Assembly (NCBI RefSeq): GCF_039977335.1 | Contig: NZ_JBDWDI010000002.1 | Span: 68,122-132,121, forward strand | Source of the DNA: Parasphingorhabdus sp. | GTDB taxonomy: Bacteria > Pseudomonadota > Alphaproteobacteria > Sphingomonadales > Sphingomonadaceae | Reading direction: 5' to 3' | Length of the DNA: 64,000 bases | Part shown: piece after piece, positions 40,178-48,736 of the stretch | How positions within the stretch are numbered: position 1 is the stretch's first letter | How the letters are laid out: every line of letters starts with the position of its first letter | Position numbers and translations under genes: made by a program | Notes under the pieces: generated by a model | What the model was told of the DNA's origin: nothing | The model's database searches: none | Seen by the model: only the letters and a program-made list of their open reading frames with translations

Positions 40178-40178
40178 G

Positions 40179-40646
40179 GTGAACATCTTTCGAACCACGC
40201 TGGCAATCGCTAGCCTTGTCATCGCGGCACCCTCTTTTGCGCAGGCAACGCCCGAGAGCATAGCAGATTCGATTATGGGCGACCTCAAGAAAGGAGACGC
40301 TAAGAGCACAATAGAAAACTTGCTCGTCAAAGCACCTTTGGTTGAGACCGGACCAGCGGAAAAAATAAACCTAATCCAAACTCTCGACACATTCCTCATC
40401 AATTACGGCAAAGTGGAGGGTTGGGAGTTAATTAGCTCACGAAATGCGTCGAACAAATATGTCGAGCATAGCTATATCGTATTTCAGGAAAAATATGCGC
40501 TCTATGCCGAGCTAAAATTCTACCGAGGGAAAGAGGGTTGGGCCGTTACATCATTCAGCTTCAAAGATACGTTGGATGATTTGTTAGAAATTCAATCAAG
40601 GGAAGATTTCAAACAATCCTTCAAAAGCCTGAATTCTGGAAATTAG
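40179..40646 (+). CDS. Hypothetical secreted protein (AT-rich)
   Basis: GTG start 1 nt after the DUF885 stop; signal peptide ..AAPSFA|Q. Confidence 0.7.
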   Translation: MNIFRTTLAIASLVIAAPSFAQATPESIADSIMGDLKKGDAKSTIENLLVKAPLVETGPAEKINLIQTLDTFLINYGKVEGWELISSRNASNKYVEHSYIVFQEKYALYAELKFYRGKEGWAVTSFSFKDTLDDLLEIQSREDFKQSFKSLNSGN

Positions 40647-40651
40647 GCGTT

Positions 40652-41296
40652 TTACTGACTTTCATCATCCGCAGGAACAGGCGGCGGCGTTTCGTCTGCT
40701 CCCGGCGGAACTGCCAAATCATTGCCGGCACGTTCGGCTTGTAGCGCTTCGGCATCTTGCGCTTCCAACCGCGCGCGCGCTTCGGCGGCACCGGCTTCGC
40801 GGGCCTCACGCTGTGCTTCAATTTCGCGCAGCCGCTCTTCGACCGCTTCGGCTTCGCCATCAATTCGGGCGAGGCGTTTCTGGCGTTCTTCTTCGATTAA
40901 CCGGCCCCAGTTGACCGTATCATCCTGCCCTTTTTCGGCATAAGCCTGTGTCAGCAATTGCTGCGTACAACCGGTGAAACCGCCAGCGCCCGTCGGGGAG
41001 CAGCTTTGTGTCCCACTTTTACCAACATATTCATAAGAACGGACACGTTCCGCCCATGCATCATTTTTTGGGTTATTGGGATCGGCCCGCAATGTCTCGG
41101 GAATCCTATATCGTTCCGATTCATCCTTGCGCGCGCAGACAACAATCTCACCATCGGTGCTTTGCGGACAGGGGTCGTCGCCATAAATAACCAGCTGATT
41201 GACCCGGTCACCAGCCGCATCCTGCGCCATTGCCGGGGTTGCGAACATACCGGCTGCGAGCAGCAGTGGGGCGGAAAAAAGAGCGGTTTTAATCAT
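40652..41296 (-). CDS. Hypothetical secreted protein with Cys pairs
   Basis: Signal peptide MIKTALF..PAMA|Q; YGDDPCPQS..EIVVCAR, SCS..GAGG.TGC; C-terminal coiled coil. Confidence 0.75.
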   Translation of the reverse strand: MIKTALFSAPLLLAAGMFATPAMAQDAAGDRVNQLVIYGDDPCPQSTDGEIVVCARKDESERYRIPETLRADPNNPKNDAWAERVRSYEYVGKSGTQSCSPTGAGGFTGCTQQLLTQAYAEKGQDDTVNWGRLIEEERQKRLARIDGEAEAVEERLREIEAQREAREAGAAEARARLEAQDAEALQAERAGNDLAVPPGADETPPPVPADDESQ

Positions 41297-41367
41297 GATA
41301 ATCCTTTGCCAGCGACTGAATGAACCCGCGCTGAAGAGCAATAATCCAGTCAGAAACGTTTGACCAA

Positions 41368-41910
41368 TTAAATTCGTTTGGAAAGCCCGATCGCAACCTT
41401 GCAGCCCAGTCGAATGGCGGCACTCAATACCGGATAACCTGGCGTCTCTTCAGCACCCGATTCAATCGCTGTCTGTTTATGCTCGAGTTCTTCTTCACGA
41501 AACTCCGCAATCTTACTGAGCAGCTCTGGCTCATTTTCGGATTCCAGCTGCTCCATCTGCTCCTGATAATGCAGGTCAATTTCGGTTTCGACCGCGGCGG
41601 TACAAGCCATGGCGGCGCGCGGCCCCATAATCGCTGTTCCCGCACCAAGCGCATATCCGGCAACCTGCCAAAAGGGCTGCAATATCGTTGGCCGGACATT
41701 GCGCTCGACAATCATCCGGTCAAAAGCCTCAAGATGGCGTTCTTCCTGCTCTGCCATATGATGGATAGCGCTGCTGTCCGGCGCATCGTCGCCCATAACG
41801 GCTAGCTGGCCTTTATATATTTGTGCTGCACCATATTCACCGGCCTGATTGACGCGGATCATCGAGGCGATATCCGGTTTGGTTTTGCCTAATGTTTCTT
41901 CAGCCATCAC
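41368..41910 (-). CDS. coq7: Demethoxyubiquinone hydroxylase (Coq7, di-iron)
   Basis: IRVNQAGEYGA..IY.GQ, EERH, ACTAAVE..I..HY..Q, EELEH. Confidence 0.85.
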   Translation of the reverse strand: MMAEETLGKTKPDIASMIRVNQAGEYGAAQIYKGQLAVMGDDAPDSSAIHHMAEQEERHLEAFDRMIVERNVRPTILQPFWQVAGYALGAGTAIMGPRAAMACTAAVETEIDLHYQEQMEQLESENEPELLSKIAEFREEELEHKQTAIESGAEETPGYPVLSAAIRLGCKVAIGLSKRI

Positions 41911-42383
41911 GCATCCTTTCGGCCCATTGCCAATAAGACCAAGATGAGGATCGCACCGCCAACAGACAAGAGGAAATTAAACCCGGCTAGCGAAATACCA
42001 AAGAGCGACCAAGGCGCAACGTCACAGCGCACCAGTGGCGCATTCATAATCGAATCGAGCATATCGCCGCCCGCTGGCACGGTGGTGGCACAGGACGTAA
42101 TCCCTTCCCACCATCCATATTCAACCCCGGCGTGAAATCCGCCAATTAGCCCACTGACCAATATCGCCAACGCTGCATCAGCGACGATAAATTTTGATAG
42201 CTTATGGCCACGCAGAGCCATCGCCCCCATCGCCAAGATGATCGCGACCAAATGCGGCCAGCGCTGCCACATGCACATTTCGCAGGGATAGAGGCCAAAG
42301 ACATATTGGCTGATCAGAGCCCCGCCAAGCAAAGCGCCGGGAACGATCAGAGACAGCCAAAGGGCTGCACGGGAAAAGGCCAT
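41907..42383 (-). CDS. dsbB: Disulfide bond formation protein B family
   Basis: PCEMCMWQRWPH, HAGVEYGWW....C, RCD..PW..FGISLAG.N. Confidence 0.85.
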   Translation of the reverse strand: MAFSRAALWLSLIVPGALLGGALISQYVFGLYPCEMCMWQRWPHLVAIILAMGAMALRGHKLSKFIVADAALAILVSGLIGGFHAGVEYGWWEGITSCATTVPAGGDMLDSIMNAPLVRCDVAPWSLFGISLAGFNFLLSVGGAILILVLLAMGRKDA

Positions 42384-42393
42384 ATCCGGCTTC

Positions 42394-43758
42394 CTAGTTT
42401 TTAGCGGTTACCGGTTTCGCTGACTTTTTCGCTGCCGCCTTGTTCATCGCCACTTTCAAACCTTCTGGTCCCAAACGCCCGATAGCTTGCAGCGCATAGT
42501 GCAACTGGAAATCCTCAATGCCTTCTTTTTCCAGCTCTTCCGCTGTTTTCGTGAAGCGCGGATCGTCCTTTGCATCTTCTTCCAGCACATCATCTTCCAG
42601 CTTCACCTCGTTAATGAGATGCTTGCGCAGATCAGATTCGCGGAACCGCGGACGGGTCTTGTAATCCGGGTCAGACAATTGCGGGACCATGATATCTGGC
42701 TCAATGCCGCCTTCCTGCACCGATTTTCCGGACGGCGTGTAATAACGCGCCGTGGTCAGGCGCAGCGCCGAGGTGTTGGACAGGGGCAGCAATGTCTGGA
42801 CGGATCCCTTACCAAAGCTGCGTTCGCCCATGACCAGACCGCGATGATGGTCTTGCAGAGCGCCGGCAACAATTTCCGAAGCCGAGGCAGAGCCTGCATC
42901 AATCAAAACAATGACCGGCAGGCCGTTGGCCGCATCGCCGGTTTTAGCAAAATACCGCTCAATATCGGACTTACCACGGCCACGCTGCGACACAATCTCA
43001 CCGCGTGACAGGAAGACGTCAGAGACATTGACCGCTTCATCGAGCAGACCGCCCGGATTGGAGCGCATGTCCAGAATATAGCCCAGCGGCTTCTTGCCCA
43101 GTGACTTGTCAATGGCGACAATCGCAGCTTTCACGTCTGCACCGGTATCGTTCGAGAAGCTGGTAATGCTGATCACACCGACCTTGTCTTTCACTTCCCA
43201 GTTTACCGGCTTGAGATCAATGACGGCCCGGTTCATCGACACATCAAATGGCTTGTCCCGGCCCGGCCGAACGATTGTCAATTTAATCGGCGAACCTGGC
43301 TTGCCGCGCATTTCTTCCACAGCTTCATCGAGCGAACCGCCATAGATGAGTGAACCATCGATATGGGTGATATAGTCGCCGGCCTTCACGCCTGCTTTAT
43401 CTGCCGGTGTATCCTTGAACGGGGCAATGACTTTTACGGCACCATCTTCCATCGTGACCGACAGACCAAGACCACCATAATTGCCGTCTGTCTGTGTCCG
43501 CAGATTTTCAAAATCGCGCGCATCCAAAAAGCTGCTGTGCGGATCAAGGCTGCCCAGCATGCCATTAATCGCGCCCTTGATCAGGTCTGCATCATCCACT
43601 TGATCGACATAATCCGTGCGTACCCGGTCAAACACGCTCATAAACTGCTCCATCTCGCGATAGGTATTCGCGTCGACAGCGGAAATCGCAGAGGTGGTCG
43701 CGGGCAACAGCGCTACAGTCAGTACCAGAGCTGTCGCTTGCAAGAATGGCTTTTTCAT
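42394..43758 (-). CDS. ctpA: S41 C-terminal processing protease
   Basis: LDPHS, PDZ GGLGL, DMRSNPGGLL, SASASEIVAGALQD, SFGKGSVQ. Confidence 0.92.
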   Translation of the reverse strand: MKKPFLQATALVLTVALLPATTSAISAVDANTYREMEQFMSVFDRVRTDYVDQVDDADLIKGAINGMLGSLDPHSSFLDARDFENLRTQTDGNYGGLGLSVTMEDGAVKVIAPFKDTPADKAGVKAGDYITHIDGSLIYGGSLDEAVEEMRGKPGSPIKLTIVRPGRDKPFDVSMNRAVIDLKPVNWEVKDKVGVISITSFSNDTGADVKAAIVAIDKSLGKKPLGYILDMRSNPGGLLDEAVNVSDVFLSRGEIVSQRGRGKSDIERYFAKTGDAANGLPVIVLIDAGSASASEIVAGALQDHHRGLVMGERSFGKGSVQTLLPLSNTSALRLTTARYYTPSGKSVQEGGIEPDIMVPQLSDPDYKTRPRFRESDLRKHLINEVKLEDDVLEEDAKDDPRFTKTAEELEKEGIEDFQLHYALQAIGRLGPEGLKVAMNKAAAKKSAKPVTAKN

Positions 43759-43790
43759 ATTTGGAGTCCTGTGAATCTCTATAAGCGCGA

Positions 43791-43820
43791 ATATAGGCGC
43801 GAAACAGTGATAATGCCAAG
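43791..43820 (-). promoter_or_regulatory. RpoH-like promoter for ctpA
   Basis: Minus strand CTTGGC-N17-CCTATAT, about 33 nt upstream of the ATG; matches the recalled alphaproteobacterial RpoH consensus CTTG..CCTATAT. Confidence 0.45.
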
Positions 43821-43973
43821 GACCTTAACCAACTATGACGATGAAACGCTTTCCTACACCGCCATCGCTGTGATATTTTCAGCGCGGCTCTTTCTCAAAT
43901 TTGAATATCAATCTGCGTCTATCTTGGCAGGAATGTGCCATGGCCAAGAGTATTCGCCCCTTGCGAAGACGGG

Positions 43974-44051
43974 TGTGAATTGTGTGAACTTTGACCGGGC
44001 ACCGCGCTTGTCTGCAGAGACCTTGGGGGAAGTGAGAATTGTGTGAACTTT
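43974..44051 (+). repeat. Two direct copies of a 20-mer (TGTGAATTGTGTGAACTTTG / TGAGAATTGTGTGAACTTTG)
   Basis: 43974-43993 and 44032-44051, 19/20 identical. Confidence 0.8.
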
Positions 44052-44221
44052 GCCGACGTCAGATAAAACCGTGCCGAACGATCACGACACAACCAAATGG
44101 GCCTGAAAAGACCGTTTGTGCCACCTGATATGCCATTGGCCGCACCTCGTATTAATTGACACAGTGCGGACGAAGCAGACAATCGAACAGATAGCCTGAC
44201 TGCCCGCTTCAAGATGCTAAT

Positions 44222-44749
44222 TTATGTTTCGAATTCTTCCAGAATATACCCATTCTCATAGGTTTTTGTATTGATCCGAGACATGTTAAGAGAATGTGAC
44301 ATTTTTCCAAATAGCCCCGTGCCAGTCCCGAAGAGGCATGGTGCTCGCTTTAGGACCACTCGGTCAATCAACCCCTGATCCAGCATCCAACCGGAGAAAT
44401 CTCCACCACCGCAAAGGTAAACAGATCCGGCTGAATTGCGTGCTATTTCTCGGATATCTTCAGACGCAGGACGTTTGCGAACGGAAATCTCCGATCCGTC
44501 AGGCACCTGCAATGTGTTAGAGAACACAATTGTTTCCATGTGAGGATAGGGGTTTTGTCCGGGTTTCAGACCAAAATCATACCCAAACTCATAGGTCTTT
44601 CGACCCATGATTGCGGTTTTGTAGTAGGCAAGCCGCTTTGCGTAATCTTCAACAGCCGGACCTTCATGTGCGAATTTTGAAATGTCTCCGGACTCGCCAG
44701 ATATGAAACCGTCAAGCGAGACGGCGACATCATAGATAATGGGGTGCAT
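44222..44749 (-). CDS. Dihydrofolate reductase-fold (RibD C-terminal) family protein
   Basis: AVSLDGFI, AIMGRKTYE, VYLCGGG, GLIDR..L...P.LFG.G; SD AGGAG before 44749. Confidence 0.85.
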   Translation of the reverse strand: MHPIIYDVAVSLDGFISGESGDISKFAHEGPAVEDYAKRLAYYKTAIMGRKTYEFGYDFGLKPGQNPYPHMETIVFSNTLQVPDGSEISVRKRPASEDIREIARNSAGSVYLCGGGDFSGWMLDQGLIDRVVLKRAPCLFGTGTGLFGKMSHSLNMSRINTKTYENGYILEEFET

Positions 44750-44874
44750 TTTATGCTCCTGTACAGAAATTTCCAATGAAGCCTATTGGCTTCGACATAA
44801 CGGGAAATTACTTGATCACTGACAGAGCACTCCTTTTACTGCTTACTTTGATATGGAAAAGTCCCTAGCGGGTC

Positions 44875-44902
44875 AACGTGCTTTTGCTCTAAAGCAGCCG
44901 TT
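44875..44902. repeat. Degenerate palindromic site AACGTGCTTTTGCTCTAAAGCAGCCGTT
   Basis: TGCTTT/AAAGCA plus AACG/CGTT stems; shares GCTTTTGC with 14868-14896. Confidence 0.45.
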
Positions 44903-44917
44903 TTCGCTTCATCGAGC

Positions 44918-45103
44918 CTCCTTGGTGCTGATGACAAAAAGTCGTATGAATTCTAGAGTGGATTTAAGCGATGAGTGCTTAACCCAGCCCCTAAATCAAT
45001 CAACGACTTTGGCACCGTAGATGTCATTATGAAGCCTTTAAAAACAGGGCCTGCCATTACCGAAGTGCAGTTTGACTGGAAGTGGAAAGACGTTAGAGAC
45101 GCC
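44918..45103 (+). pseudogene. Relic of a Rep_3-type plasmid replication initiator (C-terminal part)
   Basis: Frame reads LLGADDKKSYEF*SGFKR*VLNPAPKSINDFGTVDVIMKPLKTGPAITEVQFDWKWKD, with TAG at 44954 and TGA at 44972. Confidence 0.65.
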
Positions 45104-45138
45104 GCTTACACCACCATCGAAAAGCCCCATACGGACTC

Positions 45139-45158
45139 TGTGAACTCTGTGAACTTCG
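45139..45158 (+). repeat. Third copy of the 20-mer (TGTGAACTCTGTGAACTTCG)
   Basis: 17/20 identical to 43974-43993, same orientation. Confidence 0.65.
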
Positions 45159-45173
45159 CTGGAAAAGCGTCGG

Positions 45174-45674
45174 TTAAGCGGCTTTATCGTCCGAAGTCAG
45201 TTCCAAGGGTGGAGACTTTTTCGCCATATCGACGGTGGTCTTTGCCAGATTCGGGGATTTTGCGCTCTTATGCTTGAACTTGCCGTCAACATGACCGCCT
45301 TGTTCAATCGTGACATTTTCATAAGATACGTCACCGCCGATACGGGCGCTGGAGCTGATCACGAGATCGCCAGCTTCAATCGACCCTTCGACTGAGCCGG
45401 ACAGGCTGGCATTCTGAGCGACGATAGCGCCCTGGATCTTGCTTGATGGACCTTGAACCAGCGACAGGCATCTGATGTCGCCGATGACCTCACCGTCAAT
45501 ATGCAGGTCGACTTTCGCTTCGATATTGCCGGTGATGGTGATGCCGTCTCCAATGATGGAGAAGCTTGATCCGTTACTTGCGCTGCTTCTAGCCACGGCT
45601 GGAGCCTGACTTTTCGGTACGCTTCTTTGGTGCGTTGGTTCGCTGTCTTGCGACGGCTTGGACTTTGAGAACAT
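45174..45674 (-). CDS. Bactofilin (polymer-forming cytoskeletal protein)
   Basis: SIIG.G..ITGNI....DLHIDGEVIGDI, LSGSVEGSI.A..L.I..SA.I.GDV.Y..V.IE.GG.V.G. Confidence 0.92.
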   Translation of the reverse strand: MFSKSKPSQDSEPTHQRSVPKSQAPAVARSSASNGSSFSIIGDGITITGNIEAKVDLHIDGEVIGDIRCLSLVQGPSSKIQGAIVAQNASLSGSVEGSIEAGDLVISSSARIGGDVSYENVTIEQGGHVDGKFKHKSAKSPNLAKTTVDMAKKSPPLELTSDDKAA

Positions 45675-46785
45675 CTGTATTCGCCTCCAGAAATGGTCGG
45701 GGGTTTACTGCGGTGCCGTTCAGGCGCACTTCGAAATGAAGATGTGTTCCAGTTGAACGTCCGGTACTTCCCATAGCCCCCACTTGTAAGCCTTGTTTCA
45801 CTTTTTGACCAGTGGTCACATGAATTTTGGACAGGTGCGCATAGCGCGTCATCAGGCCATTGCCATGCGTTATTTCCACCGTTTTGCCATAGCCCGATTT
45901 CCACCCTGCATGAGAAATCGTGCCGCCCGCAGCTGACAATATAGGCTGGCCATGCGGCCCTTTAAAATCAATCCCGCTATGCATCGCGCCGCCGCCGGTA
46001 AAGGGATCGCGGCGATAGCCATAGCCGCTTGACATCATCGTGATATCCGCTGGCATGGCCGAAGGAATGGTGAGCAATGTGCGCTCTAGCTGGTCCATCC
46101 GCAGCAAGGCATTGTTCAAACGCTCCAGCGTGGGATGAAGCTCTTTCTCGCCATCGGCAAAAAACGGGATATAAGGACCACCGACAGCTTCATTCGATAA
46201 TGCTGCAAGTTTTTCAGGGTTGAGCCCGAATCCGCGGATCGCGGCCTCGGCGCGTGCAGTACGTTTCATTGCCGCACTCGTCAGCCGGTGCGCAAAAGCA
46301 ATCTGACGCGCTTCGAGCCGGGCAAGTTCCGCCGCCTCCGGAAAGGCAGCGCTGATTTTTTTGGTATTTTCCGAAAGCTTATTCTCTGATTCGATCAGGC
46401 TCTCTGCTTCCGCGCCCGTTTCTTCGCCAATAAATTGCTGTGTTATCTGCTCTATCGCTTCCTGACGCTGGATCAGGTCTTTTGCGACACCGTCAATTGA
46501 ATTCTTATATTCAGCAACCCGGCTTTCACTGCTGTTTACTGCGGCTTCTTTCTCCGCCAGCGCCATCCGCTCGCTAGTTACCGTCAGTTGATTCACGGTC
46601 ATGGCCAATGTGATCATCAGCCAAAGGCCAATAATCGCGCTGACACCGATCGCGACTCGTTTTTGTAATTTTCCAGAAATGGTAAGGAACCGGACCTGTC
46701 CGTTAGCGCGCATGAAAAATTCGCGATCTGTGAACATATGATCCAAACGGGCGAACAGCCCTTCCTTGGTTTTGTGATTTTGCAT
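45589..46785 (-). CDS. Membrane-anchored M23 endopeptidase (LmdC/Csd1-like)
   Basis: N-terminal FTDREFFMR + TM + coiled coil; HSGID, GYGK.V, YAHL, STG.HLHFEV. Confidence 0.9.
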   Translation of the reverse strand: MQNHKTKEGLFARLDHMFTDREFFMRANGQVRFLTISGKLQKRVAIGVSAIIGLWLMITLAMTVNQLTVTSERMALAEKEAAVNSSESRVAEYKNSIDGVAKDLIQRQEAIEQITQQFIGEETGAEAESLIESENKLSENTKKISAAFPEAAELARLEARQIAFAHRLTSAAMKRTARAEAAIRGFGLNPEKLAALSNEAVGGPYIPFFADGEKELHPTLERLNNALLRMDQLERTLLTIPSAMPADITMMSSGYGYRRDPFTGGGAMHSGIDFKGPHGQPILSAAGGTISHAGWKSGYGKTVEITHGNGLMTRYAHLSKIHVTTGQKVKQGLQVGAMGSTGRSTGTHLHFEVRLNGTAVNPRPFLEANTDVLKVQAVARQRTNAPKKRTEKSGSSRG

Positions 46786-46900
46786 GACCCGATTACTCTT
46801 ACTAATCCCCGAAGCCGAGCTAGCAGAGGGTCGTTAACGGGGCGAATCCTGTTGACGCGAGTCGTGACGAGTCGAAACAGGTCTGCGGTGAGTTGCAAAA

Positions 46901-46916
46901 TTAATGTAAAATTAAC
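46901..46916. promoter_or_regulatory. CtrA-binding site
   Basis: TTAA-TGTAAAA-TTAAC, a perfect match to TTAA-N7-TTAAC, about 115 bp upstream of the M23-bactofilin operon. Confidence 0.7.
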
Positions 46917-47033
46917 CGACAGTAATGGTTTTTTTCGATTCGTTTGTGCGGTTTGTCACTTTCTCGGCAGTTTATTTTGACGTCAGATCGACTCCGATTT
47001 TCGCTTATATGAAAGCAGCAGTCATGCTAGCAG

Positions 47034-48293
47034 ATGCGGATGAGTGATCATCAGCAACTTATGACCGATATGGGCGAGCGCGCACGCGCAGCTTTTGCCA
47101 TCATGTCCGGAACGACAAATGCGCAGAAAGCCGAGGCTTTGATGGCAGCGGCGGCGCAGCTGCGCGCCAACCAGACCGCGATTCTGGCGGCGAATATTCA
47201 GGATATGGACAAAGGCCGGGAGCACGGCCTCAGTGACGCCATGCTCGACCGGTTGATGATCGATGAAGAACGACTTGACGCCATTGCGTCGGCGGTTGAG
47301 CAGGTGGCAACCCTACCTGATCCGGTTGGAGCGGTAATCGACCGGAATGAGCGGCCCAATGGCCTGATCATGGAGCGCGTGCGAGTCCCACTTGGCGTCA
47401 TCGGCATCATCTATGAAAGCCGCCCCAATGTGACGGCAGATGCAGCGGCCTTGGGCCTTCGATCTGGCAATACCGTCATCCTGCGCGGCGGGTCAGAGGC
47501 TATTGAGAGCAATCGGGCGATTCACAAGGCGATGGTCGCCGGTGTGATTGAAGCGGGCTTGCCGGAAGATGCCATACAGCTGGTCCAGACCACAGATCGC
47601 GGGGCCGTCGGAGCGATGCTGAAAGCCTCTGGCCTGATCGACATCATCATTCCGCGGGGCGGCAAATCCCTGGTCGCACGTGTGCAGGAAGAAGCCCGCG
47701 TGCCGGTCCTCGCGCATCTTGATGGCATTTGTCATACTTATATCGGAAGAGCGGCAGACCAGGACAAAGCCATTGCCATTGCGGTCAACGCCAAGATGCG
47801 GCGCACAGGCGTTTGCGGAGCGATGGAAACTTTGCTGATCGATCAGGACTATCCCGCCCCCGGACCGTTGCTTCGCGCTCTGCTCGACGAAGGATGTGAA
47901 GTACGCGGCGACGATGCGATTATGGAACTCGATCCCCGGACGGTATCCGCTGAAACAGAGGATTGGGACACCGAATATCTCGCTCCTATCGTGTCTGTGC
48001 GCATGGTCGGAGGTGTGGACGAAGCACTGGCCCATATTGCCCAACATGGCTCCCATCATACGGATGCGGTGGTGACGGAAGACGAAGCGATGGCGAACAA
48101 GTTCATTCAGCGCGCCGATAGCGCGATCGTGATGTGGAATGCGTCCAGCCAATTTGCCGATGGTGGCGAATTTGGGCTCGGCGCGGAAATTGGAATTTCC
48201 ACTGGCCGCTTGCACGCCCGCGGCCCTGTCGCACTGGAAGGACTGACGACCTATAAATGGGTCGTACGCGGAACCGGGCAGATACGGCCTTGA
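47034..48293 (+). CDS. proA: Glutamate-5-semialdehyde dehydrogenase
   Basis: VPLGVIGIIYESRPNVT, IIPRGGKSL, GVCGAMET, SSQFADGGEFGLGAEIGIST.RLHARGP. Confidence 0.97.
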   Translation: MRMSDHQQLMTDMGERARAAFAIMSGTTNAQKAEALMAAAAQLRANQTAILAANIQDMDKGREHGLSDAMLDRLMIDEERLDAIASAVEQVATLPDPVGAVIDRNERPNGLIMERVRVPLGVIGIIYESRPNVTADAAALGLRSGNTVILRGGSEAIESNRAIHKAMVAGVIEAGLPEDAIQLVQTTDRGAVGAMLKASGLIDIIIPRGGKSLVARVQEEARVPVLAHLDGICHTYIGRAADQDKAIAIAVNAKMRRTGVCGAMETLLIDQDYPAPGPLLRALLDEGCEVRGDDAIMELDPRTVSAETEDWDTEYLAPIVSVRMVGGVDEALAHIAQHGSHHTDAVVTEDEAMANKFIQRADSAIVMWNASSQFADGGEFGLGAEIGISTGRLHARGPVALEGLTTYKWVVRGTGQIRP

Positions 48294-48736
48294 TGTTTGC
48301 AACGTTGGATTTCGGACAAAAGCTACTTGTTGTCGGCGGGATATTAAGTCTGATTGCCAGTCTTCTTCATATTGGCGTGATTATTGGTGGCCCGGATTGG
48401 TATCGGTTTTTTGGAGCGGGCGAAGACATGGCTCGAATGGCCGAAAAAGGGTCGCTTTATCCAACCCTCATAACCATCGGCATTGCATCGATTCTCGCGA
48501 TTTGGGGCTGGTTTGCATTTGCAGGGGCCGGGCTCATTTGGCAGCCACCTCTATTGCGAACCGGTTTGGTCGTCATAAGTGCGGTCTACCTAGCACGCGG
48601 GTTAGTATTATTGCCGATGGCTCTATTCGTCCCGGAGAAGATCAATAGTTTCGCTATTTGGAGTTCGGTAATTGTCCTAATCTACGGACTTTTCTATGCG
48701 GTGGGCACCTGGAAAAGCTGGTCATCCCTATCATGA
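48293..48736 (+). CDS. Hypothetical 4-TM membrane protein
   Basis: TGATG overlap with the proA stop, ATGA overlap with nadD; GGPDWYRFFGAGE motif. Confidence 0.75.
   Translation: MFATLDFGQKLLVVGGILSLIASLLHIGVIIGGPDWYRFFGAGEDMARMAEKGSLYPTLITIGIASILAIWGWFAFAGAGLIWQPPLLRTGLVVISAVYLARGLVLLPMALFVPEKINSFAIWSSVIVLIYGLFYAVGTWKSWSSLS

Noticed and set aside
43363-44212. ORFs 43363-44046(+) and 43919-44212(-)
   Set aside because: They overlap ctpA antisense or the repeat region, with no family motifs or SD; likely spurious.
43974-45158. CRISPR or IS interpretation of the 20-mer repeats
   Set aside because: Only three copies with irregular spacing (58 bp and about 1.1 kb), direct rather than inverted, and no cas or transposase genes.
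44975-45277. 100-aa ORF as an intact gene
   Set aside because: It is the tail of the Rep relic fused to repeat sequence and to the antisense strand of the bactofilin 3' end.
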